Shown: positions 1 to 10,420 of the stretch, piece by piece
Layout of the letters: each line of letters starts with the position of its first letter
How positions within the stretch are numbered: position 1 is the stretch's first letter
NCBI GenBank assembly: GCA_050575255.1
Contig: JBNZDD010013690.1
Location: 4,329,686 to 4,393,685 of the forward strand
Direction: 5' to 3'
Source of the DNA: Harriotta raleighana
Taxonomy: Eukaryota
Length of the DNA: 64,000 nt
The notes under the pieces: generated by a model
Databases searched by the model: none
The model's input: the letters and a program-made list of their open reading frames with translations, nothing else
What the model was told of the DNA's origin: nothing
Made by a program: the position numbers and the translations under genes

Positions 1-457
1 GGGGTTTAACCTGCTAAAACTGCTAACTTGCCATCTGGTTTGTGACTTTGTTTTCTACATCATCTTAGTACTGGCCCAAACTAGCTTTCAAAGTGTCAAT
101 GTGTATTATTAGCTCCATATCTAGTTATTCCACAGGAATTCTTGAGCAATAGTTTGCTACTAGGAGAACCAACTTCTTTCAGGTGAAGGTGTTGAAGAGA
201 TAACTTACATTCAAGGAAATTACATTTTCCCAAACTGTAGGGATTTTACCTTATTCCAGTTTATTGACAGAAAGGCTGTTTCTGTAGAAAAATCTAAAAT
301 TTACATAGATCATCCAATCACTTGATCTGGGTTAGTAAAATGGACTCATCCTAAGAGAGCCATACTTTCATCTGGGAATCAAGGAATTGCATTGTTAGTA
401 ACTTCAGATCATTAGCAGAATAAAATTCTAGTATAGTCCACTCTCATATTCGATGCG

Positions 458-895
458 TCAGCCTGGCTCACTTGGTAGCACTCTCACCTCTTGTGTCAGA
501 AAGTTGTCAAGCCCCTCTCATCGGGATTTTAAACTCGCAATGTATCCTGATACTTCAATGCAATGTTGGAGGAGTTCTGCATTGTTCGAGGTGCCTTTTG
601 TCAGGTGATATATTAAATCGAGTCCACATCTTCTGGTTCAGTTGGACGTTAAAGATCCTGTGGCACTTTTGCAGAAAGAAGAGAGGTTCTCCTGATGGCC
701 TGGCCAACATTCCCCTAAATAAAATCAGCCATTCACTTCACAGCTTTTTGTGGAACATTGCTCTGTACAAATTGATTGTTGCACTCCCTTACAAAATACT
801 CTATAGTATATTGTTTGAAGCGATTTTAAGAATTCTTTCCTAGTCGTGAAAGGTTTGATATCAAATGCAAGGATGATTAATGATAATACTGATGA
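458..895 (+). mobile_element. tRNA-headed Deu-domain SINE (SacSINE1-like). Other copies ~13322-13670 +, 16788-17152 -, 23580-24075 - and their duplicates
   Basis: A box TGGCTCACTTGG; Deu-like core GTTAAAGATCCTGTGGCACT...CTCCTGATGGCCTGGCCAACATT; L2-type tail. Confidence 0.75.
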
Positions 896-1272
896 TAACC
901 CATAGTATTATCTTGGTATTTATCTGCTGTCACTAACTTGCATGGCACAAAACTGAGAAATCTAAACTACGTGTGATTAGCAAGTCCTAAATTACCTCCT
1001 GATTATTTCCATAGTTAGTTAGATACTCTTATCAGTAATGGACGTCAAGGTCTAAAGATTGCTCTTTGTGATTACAGCCTTCCTCAGGCAGAAAAGACCC
1101 ACTGTAACCACCTTTGAGAACCCTCAAACCTTCTCATCTTTTACTTGGCATAGATTTATAATGTGTGTTATACACAATATGTCAGAATGATGAGACCTTT
1201 GTTTACCGCCACCCAACTGTCTTATATCAAGTTTCCTTGAGCAACTAGATAACAGCTAACACCTGAGACTTT

Positions 1273-1643
1273 CCGTAGCTCAGTGATTATAGCCCTCGCC
1301 TCGCAAGCCACAGTCCTATAGCTCAGTGGTTAGAGCCCTCGTCTCATAAACAGTCCTGTGGCTTAATAGTTACAGCCTCAAAAGCGAGAGACCTGGGTTT
1401 GTTTCCCGGCCAGGGCAAAACCTTGGGCAAGTTTCCTTACTCCACACGCCTATAATAATCCCTCAAAAAAAATTAGTAATTTCAATCCAAGACTGTTTGT
1501 GGGGTACTGCTGTGCGTAATTGGTTGCCACATTTCGCACATAAATATACAGTCAATTCACTGCAGTATATCCTGTGAAGCGCTTTGGGACATCTAGAAGT
1601 GGTGAAGAGCACTATATCAAATGCAAAGATTATTATTACTATT
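1273..1643 (+). mobile_element. Young tRNA(Val-like) SINE with a triplicated head
   Basis: Three ~40-bp head units, then ACCTTGGGCAAGTTTCCTTACTCCAC body and (ATT)n tail. Confidence 0.85.
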
Positions 1644-1669
1644 GTTAATTGTGTGTGTTCTTAATCTAG

Positions 1670-1799
1670 GTATTTGCTCACTGACCAAAACCGGCTGCGC
1701 AGCGTTAATGACATCATGCCAATGATAGGTGCACGCTTTTACACGCAGTTAGATGCTGCACAGATGAGAAATGATGTGATAGAAGATGATCTAATGAAG
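1670..1799 (+). CDS. PAN3: PAN3 (PAN2-PAN3 deadenylase subunit), internal coding exon, 4th from last
   Basis: ctag|G...AAG|gtaatt; encodes YLLTDQNRLRSVNDIMPMIGARFYTQLDAAQMRNDVIEDDLMK, recognisable as the vertebrate PAN3 pseudokinase end/coiled-coil region. Confidence 0.97.
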
Positions 1800-1849
1800 G
1801 TAATTTATATGTATTCATTTACATCTAGAGACAAAACTGTATTTGTCAC

Positions 1850-4491
1850 TGGTTACAGGGTGATCAAGGGTGGGAACTAAATATTCCCGGGTACGTGGTA
1901 TATAAGAAAGATAGGCAATGTGGTAATAGGCCCTGCTAATAAAGGATGGGATAAAAACATAGAGAGGAAAGATTTTAAATTTGAAAAGCAGGTTGTAGTA
2001 GAGGTATGTAACTTCAAGGGGCAGAAAACTAGTGGGAGTAGTTTATAGACCCCCCCCAAACAGCAGTCAAAGTATCGCTCAAGGTATAAATCAGGAGATT
2101 AACGGAACATGTAGCAAAGGAAAGATACTAATTGTGGGTGATTTTAATCTGCATATAATCTGAGACAACCAAATTGGGAAAGGTAAAATAGAAGAGGAGT
2201 TTATAGAATGTATTAGGGATAATTCTTTAGGTCAGTATGCCGAGGAGTTGACTAGGGAACAGACCATATTAGACCTTGTTTTGTGTAATGAAACAGGGCT
2301 GATCAGCAAACTGGAATTTAAGGCTCCTCTAGGGCAAAGTGATCATAATATGATGGAATTTAGCATTAAGTTAGAGAGGGAAATAGTTAAGTCCGAAGCA
2401 AAGGTCTCCAATTAAATAGAGCCAACTTTGCTGGTATGAGAGAGGATTTAGCCAGAATAAACTGGGAAATTAGATTTAAGGATTTGACAGTAGACCAGCA
2501 ATGGCAGACATTCAAGGAGATAGTGCAAAATTCCCAGCGAGCACGTATTCCTTTGAGGAATAAGAATGCCATGGGAAAGGTGGTCCAGCAGTGGCTAACT
2601 AGAGCAGTTAGGGAAAGTATAAAATCAAAAGAAGAAGCCTATAAAACAGCTAAAATGAGAAGTAAACCTGAGGAATGGGAGAACTTTAGGGAACAACAAA
2701 AGAAAACCAAAAAATTAATTAAGAGGGAGAAAATAGAATATGAGGGCAAACTAGCGAGGAAAATAAAGACAGACTGCAAGAGTTTTTATAAATATATAAA
2801 GAGGAAAAGGCTATCAAGGGTGAATGTGGGTCCATTACAGGCAGAGACCAGAGGAATTATAATAGGGGACAAAGACATGGCAGAGTCATTAAACAAGTAT
2901 TTTTCTATTGTGTTTGGTATGGAAACATACCAAAAATAGAAGGGAACCAAGAAGACAATGTTAGCGAGCAATTTAGGGAGATTAATATTAGTAAAGAAAT
3001 GGTTTTAGGTAAATTGTCGGTTCTTATAACCGATAAATCCCCTGGACCGGATGGCCTGCATCCTAGAGTTTTAAAGGAGGTGGCTACTCCACTACTGAGA
3101 TAGTGGATGGCTTGTCTATGATCTTCCAAAATTCTCTGGATACTGGAAAAGTCCCCATTGATTGGAAGATTGCAAACATAACTCCACTATTTAAGAAGAG
3201 TGGGAGAGAAAATATGGGGATTTATAGACCGGTTAGTCTGATGTCAGTGGTAGGGAAAATTCTTGAGTCCTTAATTAAAAACGTTGTTATGGGATACCTG
3301 GAAAATCATAAAAGATTAGGCAGAGTCAACGTGGCTTTACAAAAGGGAAGTCATGCTTGACGAATCTTTTAGAGTTTTTTGAAGATGTATCCAGCAGGTT
3401 GGATGGGGGGAATCAGTAGATGTGGTATCGGGTAGAAAACAGAGTAGGGATAAATGGGCCATTCTCGAATTGGCAGGATGTAACTAGTGCAGTGCCACAA
3501 GGATCAGTGCTTGGGCCTTAGCAATTTACAATTTACATCTAGACAAGCACATTGAATGTAATTGTCTAAATTCGCAGATGACACTGAACTAGGTAGGAGA
3601 GTGAGCTCTGAGGATGATGCAAAAAGATTGTAAAGAGATGTAGATAGGCTAAGGGAGTGGGAAAGTACGTGGCAGGTGGAATTTCATGTGGGGAAGTGTG
3701 AAATTATTCACCTAGGTAGCAAAAATAAAAAATAGATTATTTTCTAGAGGGGGAGAGGTTAGATAGTGTTAGTATTCAAAGGGATTTGGGTGTCCTTGTA
3801 CACCAGTCTCCAAAAGTTAGTTTGCAGATGCACCAAGCAACTAAGAAGGCGAACGGCATGCTAGTGTTCATTTCAAAAGGTTTAGAGTACAAGAGTAGGG
3901 AAGTCTTGCTGCAACTGTATAGGGCTTTAGTGAGACCGCACCTAGAGTATTGTGTGCAGTTTTGGTCTCCTTATTTAAAAAAGCACATACTTGCCTTAGA
4001 GGAGGTGCAGCATAGATTCACAAATTTAGTTCCTGGAATGAGGAGACTGACCTTTGAGGATAGGTTGAATAAACTAGGGCTGTATTCTCTAGAGTACAGA
4101 AGAATTAGGGGGGATCTTATTGAAACATATAAGATTGTTAAAGGGCTTGATAAAGTAGACACTGAGGGACTGTTTCCTCTGGTAGGAGAATCTATAACCA
4201 GGGGTCACAGTCTTAAAATTAAGGGACAGCCTTTTAGAACTGATTAGAGCGAACTTTTCTTCACTCAGAGAGTAGTGAATTTATAGAATTTATAGAATTC
4301 ACTACCCCAGAAGGCTATGGATGCTCAGTCCTTGGAACATTTTCAAGGCTGAGACTGATAGATTTTTTTAAAATATGGGGATAGGGCAGGTAATTAGAGT
4401 TGGGTCAGAAGATCAGCCGTGATCTTATTGAATGGCGGGGCAGGCTCGAAGGCCCGAATGGCCTTCTCCTGCTCCTAATTATGTTCTTATG
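1850..4491 (+). mobile_element. CR1-clade LINE, 5'-truncated and disabled (endonuclease and RT ORF2 fragments), sense orientation in a PAN3 intron
   Basis: Motifs WELNIPGY, GDFN, SDHN, KSPGPDGLHPRVLKE, YRPVSL, PQGSVLGP, KFADDT, LVRPHLEYCVQFWSP; stops, frameshifts and an internal deletion near 3430; TTCTTATG-type tail. Confidence 0.95.
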
Positions 4492-4600
4492 AAAGGATTG
4501 TTGTTTGAAGCTCAACACTGAAATAATCAGCCGAATGGTCTTCTGTGTTCTAATTTTGCATGGTTCCTAATTTAATGTGTCTCTTTTTCCTACCTTGCAG

Positions 4601-4665
4601 GAGGTGCAAAATGGAAGGCTTTTTAGGCTACTGGCAAAATTGGGAACAATCAATGAGAGACCAGA
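4601..4665 (+). CDS. PAN3: PAN3 coding exon, 3rd from last
   Basis: ccttgcag|GAG...CCAGA|gtaag; EVQNGRLFRLLAKLGTINERPE; phase continuous with neighbouring exons. Confidence 0.97.
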
Positions 4666-5197
4666 GTAAGCTTTATTTGTTTCTGTGCTGCAGAGCAAGA
4701 GGACAATAAATAAAGAATGTTGGCTGGAGCCAGAGATTTTTACTTCATTATTTGGGGGATAAAAGAATTATCTATACAGAATTTTCCCCCAAAAGATGGT
4801 GAAACAATGGAGTCAACATAATAAGGTTGACTGTGTGTTATGTGGAAGAAAATGTCTGGATAATGTTAGAGACCATTATAAATTTTAATATATTAATATA
4901 TCTAATTTTATAGCTATGGATTAACACCAATAGCTTGTACACCTTTAACCTCACCAAACATTCAAACAATATGTCTAGTGGTAATGGAAATAATGGCCCT
5001 GTTACAATTGTTTACTTTTTTGAGGCAAAATTGAAACACAAAATTTGTATATTAGGGCATACATACAACAACTGTTTACTTCAAATTGTAATAGTTAAAT
5101 TGCAACTTTGTAATATTAAAATTTAATGAATGTCATTATATAGATGATGTATTATTGTATAGACGCTACATTAATATTGCGCAATTTATTTTGACAG

Positions 5198-5336
5198 GTT
5201 CCAGAAAGATCCCACCTGGTCAGAGACTGGTGACAGGTATCTGTTGAAGCTGTTCAGAGATCATCTTTTCCACCAGTTGACAGAAGCAGGCACCCCCTGG
5301 ATTGACCTCAGTCACATAGTTTCCTGTTTGAATAAG
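5198..5336 (+). CDS. PAN3: PAN3 penultimate coding exon
   Basis: tgacag|G...AAG|gtaatg; [46 protein letters not shown] (C-terminal knob domain). Confidence 0.97.
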
Positions 5337-6375
5337 GTAATGCATTATAACCAGAACAACTTTAAATATATAGATGGAAGTTACATGAGCCCTATGAAAC
5401 TAGAATAATAGCAGTTACAGTACAGGAGAGATTATTCTGACCCCCGAGCCTATGTTGGTATGAGCTCCTCCATTGGAGACCAGCTACCTTAATCCCAAGT
5501 TACACGAGGGAGCCTGCGTTAATTGGGATCACCCCTATTGCTATGTAACTAAATGAAAAGGTTTTTCCATTGTGAGTTATGTTATCCGAGTATCAAACTA
5601 TGCCAATGCTTCCTTTCTCTCTTATGATTTTCTCTCAATCTATCATTTTTCTTATTCTGCTTTTCTTCACACACATATACACACCCACTCTTTCTCTCTT
5701 TTGATAACTTTGTAACTAATTTTCTTTATCTTTGATTTTTTTTTATCATAATAAAAATAACATCTCACTAGAATAATAAATTCTTACACTCATGAGGATG
5801 GTATCCTTTTATGCATTTGATGAAGGTCAGCGCCTTGGGACCTACTGATGTGAAAGGCGCTATATAAATGCATAAATGTTGCTGTCAACAGGTCCAAGAA
5901 TATTGGGCTATAATTCTGAAGCAGGGCTACCAACCCATCTAACTGGACGAGCTCCTGAAGTAAATCCCTTTGGATTCCCAATGTTAGACATCTTATAGAA
6001 ATGCCAATTGTTTCATGCTCTACTTCTCCTTCTTTGTTATTTAAAATATGCTAAGTGACCCTTTCCTAATGTTTGAACAGAGGAACCTGAATTGACTGTT
6101 CAGTCCATTTAGCCTATCCTGCTATTATATTAGTTCATGGCAGCTTTTCATTTTTTTAATTTCATTTCCCATTCACCTTAATACCATTACTTTCCACGTA
6201 GCTATCTAACTCTTATTTATTTTTTTGAAATTGATTCTGCATCTGTGAACTTTCTGTATGAAAAAAATGTTTTCTGGATTCCCTTTTAACTATTAATAAT
6301 CCTTGCATTTGATATAGCGCCTTATCACGTCTTCTAGACGTCTCAAAGCACTTCACAGAATATACTGTAAAGTGA

Positions 6376-6631
6376 CAAAACACAAAATACTACAGATGCT
6401 GGGAATCTGAAAATCTGAAACAAAAACAGAAGTTGCTGGGGAAACTCAGCACGTCAGGCAGCATCCATAGAGAAAGGAAAGTGAGTCAACGTTTCGGGTC
6501 CACTACCCTTCGTCAGAACTGGATATTGTATAGTTCTGTCGAAGGGTCATGACCCGAAACGTTGACTCGCTTTCCTTTCTCCATGGTTGCTGCCTGAGCT
6601 GCTGAGTTTCCCCAGCAACTTCTGTTTTTGT
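6376..6631. mobile_element. Palindromic Penelope-like (pLTR-derived) insertion with 13-bp target-site duplication
   Basis: TACTGTAAAGTGA at 6363-6375 and 6632-6644; ~100-bp inverted arms 6419-6520 and 6532-6632. Confidence 0.75.
6483..6520 (-). ncRNA. Minimal type I hammerhead ribozyme motif
   Basis: AGUU-CUGACGA-A-GGGU(AGUGG)ACCC-GAAAC-GUU-GACU: core CUGANGA and GAAA, stem II, palindromic stem III, short stem I. Confidence 0.6.
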
Positions 6632-7296
6632 TACTGTAAAGTGAATTGACTGTATATTTGTGGGCGAAACATGGCAGCCAATTGCGAACAGCAGTGTCCC
6701 ACACACAGTCGTGGATTGAAATTACCAATTTTTTCTTGAGGAATTATTATCAGGTGTGTGGAGTAAGGAAACTTGCCCCATGTTTTGTCCTGCTGGGAAA
6801 CAAACCCAGATCTCTCACTTGTAAGGTGGGTGATCTAGCGACTGAGCTACAGGACTCCCAATTATATATATTATAATTTTAACATAATTAAGATTAGGAA
6901 TATATTGTTTTATTTTAACTTTTTTTTGCCATAATAGTTTTAATTTCCCCATCAACATTCACTTCTGAGGCTTTTTCCTGGTCCTTCGTAGTTTCTTCTC
7001 CCAGACTGATTCTCTGGATACTCTGATATCTTATGTCTAAATATCTGTTCCTTGACCGCTTAGTATTAACTGGTCATTGTTTTTGTAATCCTTGTGTTTT
7101 ACATTTGCTTTTTGCCAACTGTATTGATTGATGCTTTACTCACTAAAAGCTATAATGCAGGTGAGCCTACAGAAAGTAAAGAAAGAGATTTACTTCTATG
7201 TTAAAATATGCACACAATAAAAACTAAACATTGTAGTTTAAGTTCTTTAATATGTTTCACAAGTTTGACATGTTCTGTTTCCTATTTTTATTGTAG

Positions 7297-7437
7297 TTGG
7301 ATGCCGGTGTACCAGAAAAAATAAGTCTAGTTTCTAGAGATGAAAAGAGTGTTCTTGTGGTGACATATGGCGATCTTAAGCGTTGTTTTGAAACTGCCTT
7401 CTCAGAACTCCTCGGGGCTTCAAACGGGCAGTTGTAG
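7297..7437 (+). CDS. PAN3: PAN3 terminal coding exon with stop
   Basis: ttgtag|TTG...TAG; LDAGVPEKISLVSRDEKSVLVVTYGDLKRCFETAFSELLGASNGQL*. Confidence 0.97.
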   Translation: MDAGVPEKISLVSRDEKSVLVVTYGDLKRCFETAFSELLGASNGQL

Positions 7438-10420
7438 TATTTGCTCTGCTCAGGCAAACCATTGCCGAAGAACAATACAAAGAGCTGATTGCACTACAGC
7501 TGTCTTAATGCCATCTCATTTCACATTTGAAGGACAAATGTAAATGAGCAACGCTGCTTGCACTTCAGTCAGGTACACTGTTACTTGAGGGGAGAATGTC
7601 CATATTACAGGAGCTAAAACTGCCATTGGAAGCTGTGTCTGTGAAGACTGTTTTTAAATTGGAGAGCAACATCAGATGCATGATGAATCCAGTTTTATTT
7701 TTTCACACGTTTATGCACTAATTTTAAGTTCAAGACTTTCTTGTGATCTTTAAGGATTTGCCACATCTAATTTTGACGTTAAGGGAAAAAAAAATCGTTC
7801 TATTTAGAATTACTTTTCCGGGTAGCAGTATGTGCCCTTAAGGAAGATGTTTAAGTGACTTTGCTGCACTCAAACCTACAGTAAGAACCAAGTGAAAATG
7901 CCACTGGATACACTTGCTATTGTTGGTCGTCATTCCGATGGATTATAATTCTGGAGCAGGTGCACTGGACTTCAGACATGACTGCCATGTGCTATCACTT
8001 AGGAAACCAAACTACAGAAAGCATATTTTTATGGAAATCAGGTGGATTATTGTATGGACGCTATTCTTATGGGAACCACACAACCCAGCGTGTCAGTGTT
8101 GATGGCATCTTTGTGAATGGTCACATCTATACATCTTTCATAACAGAGTTTAAAAACAGACTTGTAGCTTTTTTTGCTTCATACAGTTACCAGCGCCTTT
8201 TTAAAATAAATTCAGTGTAAGTAATTCATACAAGTAAGATGCCTCTACATTTATGCAAGCTTTTTTTATAGGAGACTAATTTTTAAATTGAGTTCAATGC
8301 CTGAAATATCAGGAGTGGATTGATTTTGTTATGTACCATTTAATTTTGTATAAAGTTCTATTGTTTGAACAGCAGTTTATTAGGGTACTTTACACTGGAT
8401 ATGAAAACACAAGAACTTTTGTTTTACAAAAAAAAACAACAGTTGTCTGGTAGTAAATTGTGCACTTCTACTACAATGGGAAGGATTGTGGACTGCTGTG
8501 CCTTTACAATATTGCTTGCCCCAAAGTTGACTTCACAATTAGTCATGCCATCTAAATGGAAACTACCTAAGGTATGATGTGCAGTGTTCTGCAGTCTGAT
8601 AGTTTGTTGGGAGTTGTTAAGTGTAAAATGATTTGATTTGCAGAATCCAATTTTAAATATGTGGTTATGTATTGAATCCAAACCTTTTTGGTGAATAGAT
8701 GGAATATGCAGAAATACAATGTAGACTACTTATTCAATTGAGCTGTTTCAGAACTGTCAAATATATTAGAATCAAATTGGGAAATGGATATAAATTGAAT
8801 TCAGTGTACAATGACTGGGTTTTCCATTGTTTTTCCAGCATTTGAACATTTCATGAGCACTATTTTTTTGGATGTGATTTGGAAGAAATATTGACTGATG
8901 CTGAGGAAAAGGCAACAGAGACTTGGCATTTACAATTGATATACTGACTAGTTTTAAATGTAGTATCACCTGTGTGGTATTTTAGGTGTAGGTTCCTTCT
9001 CTTATCCAGTTTTATAAACTTAAAAACATTCTGCATATTTAATTTGTTTCAGTAATGGCAATGCTATTCACTATTTAAAGGTTTGGAAGATAATTATGAT
9101 GAGCTTGTTTTGAGGTAGCAATGAGGTCCACTTTTCTTGGTAGCATCAGTTGTTAAGATTAAGCAGGAAGAATTACAGTTATTTGTATTAGTGGCACATT
9201 TGTATGCACCCTGTGAGAATTGGCCTACAAACAGGCTGTATAAGCAATCACAATGATTCCCTCATTTTAGATGTATAAGGAACAAAGAATTGAGGGCACT
9301 TTACATGTTCTTTCAAGGATAACGTCCTAAGTAAAGTCTTGTCAATAGCTCATCTGTTTGGCAGAGAAGCAGCTGTTTTGTATGTTTTGGGGAAAAAAAG
9401 CATTTTATATAAAATTTAAAATAAAAAAAAAGGTATTCTGACATTATGAGGAGAAATACTGTATTTATAGTGTACTGTGCATTTCAAAAGTTCCGTGTTT
9501 TCCCATTGTTAAGTGTAAAAAGGGAATTTTCTGCATGAGTATTAAGGGTTGGAGCATGATGGCCTACTTTTACATTCTCAGAATGGACCAACAATTGGGT
9601 AACTGGAGCAGAAAAAGAATGGGTCTGAATTTGAAGTTCACTCAACCAGCACACTGCCCTCTCTGGATTATCAAAAGTAAAAGCTAAATTCAATCTTTTA
9701 AATGCTCTTAACCCCCTAACATTATCTTGTAGTAAGTTTCCTAGTCCTTGTTAAACAGGCTTTTTCTTCTCCTTTGATACTATGTTCACCATCTTAAATT
9801 GTCATACGATTTTCAGTCCATAGATCTGAAATTTATCAAATACAGGAGACAGTCTATAAATACCAAATAGTCATTAATTTGAGTTGCCCACTTTGTTGTT
9901 ACAGAATATTTGCAGTAGGGATTTGAAGTTGCTATCAATTACTGATGGATGAAACCTTAGACATCCGCAGATTTACATACAATAGTGGATCAACTACTTC
10001 AACATAGTTTACAAAGCTTATATATAGTACTGAATAACAAGCTAGCTTTTGATGATCCAGTGCCAATCCTTAATATTACATAGTGACTTCAACTTTTGAA
10101 ATCAGGTATTCTTTGAATTTTTTTTCAATTAAATACAGGGTTTTCAGTTAACTAATGGTGTTTTGAACAAATCCACTTATGTATTACTATAATTTTTTTT
10201 AACAAACCATTTTGTAAAACAAGAATGAGTAAGGGTAACCCTCAATGTGTTCCTCTTTGACTTTTGATAATGCAAATTGTTAAACTGGCTCACAAACAAA
10301 CCTGTCAATTCTGTCTTATTATGTTCCAGCTCCCTCCTCTGTGTTAAATGTTTCCACCTCTGATTTAAACTTTTGTGTATGTACAGCAGTATTTTAATAA
10401 AGAATACCAGAAATTTAAAT
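7438..10420 (+). other. PAN3: PAN3 3'UTR (~3 kb, no recognisable repeats)
   Basis: AT-rich stretch after the stop with no transposon fragments seen, ending at AATAAA 10396-10401; repeats resume at ~10470. Confidence 0.7.
10396..10401 (+). terminator. PAN3 distal polyadenylation signal AATAAA (possible proximal signal at 9420-9425)
   Basis: AATAAA preceded by TGTA motifs (tgtgtatgtac) and followed by T/GT-rich sequence. Confidence 0.65.

Larger units (their letters stand above)
6292..6857 (-). mobile_element. Young tRNA SINE interrupted by a 256-bp palindromic insert
   Basis: Family consensus is restored when 6376-6644 is removed. Confidence 0.88.

Noticed and set aside
2436-4247. An active or domesticated reverse transcriptase gene
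   Set aside because: ORF2 is 5'-truncated, has stops and frameshifts, and has lost part of the RT core
4587-4602. 16-bp identity (TTCCTACCTTGCAGGA) between a PAN3 acceptor and the FLT1 exon 27 acceptor
   Set aside because: Both follow the polypyrimidine-CAG|G consensus; chance convergence is sufficient
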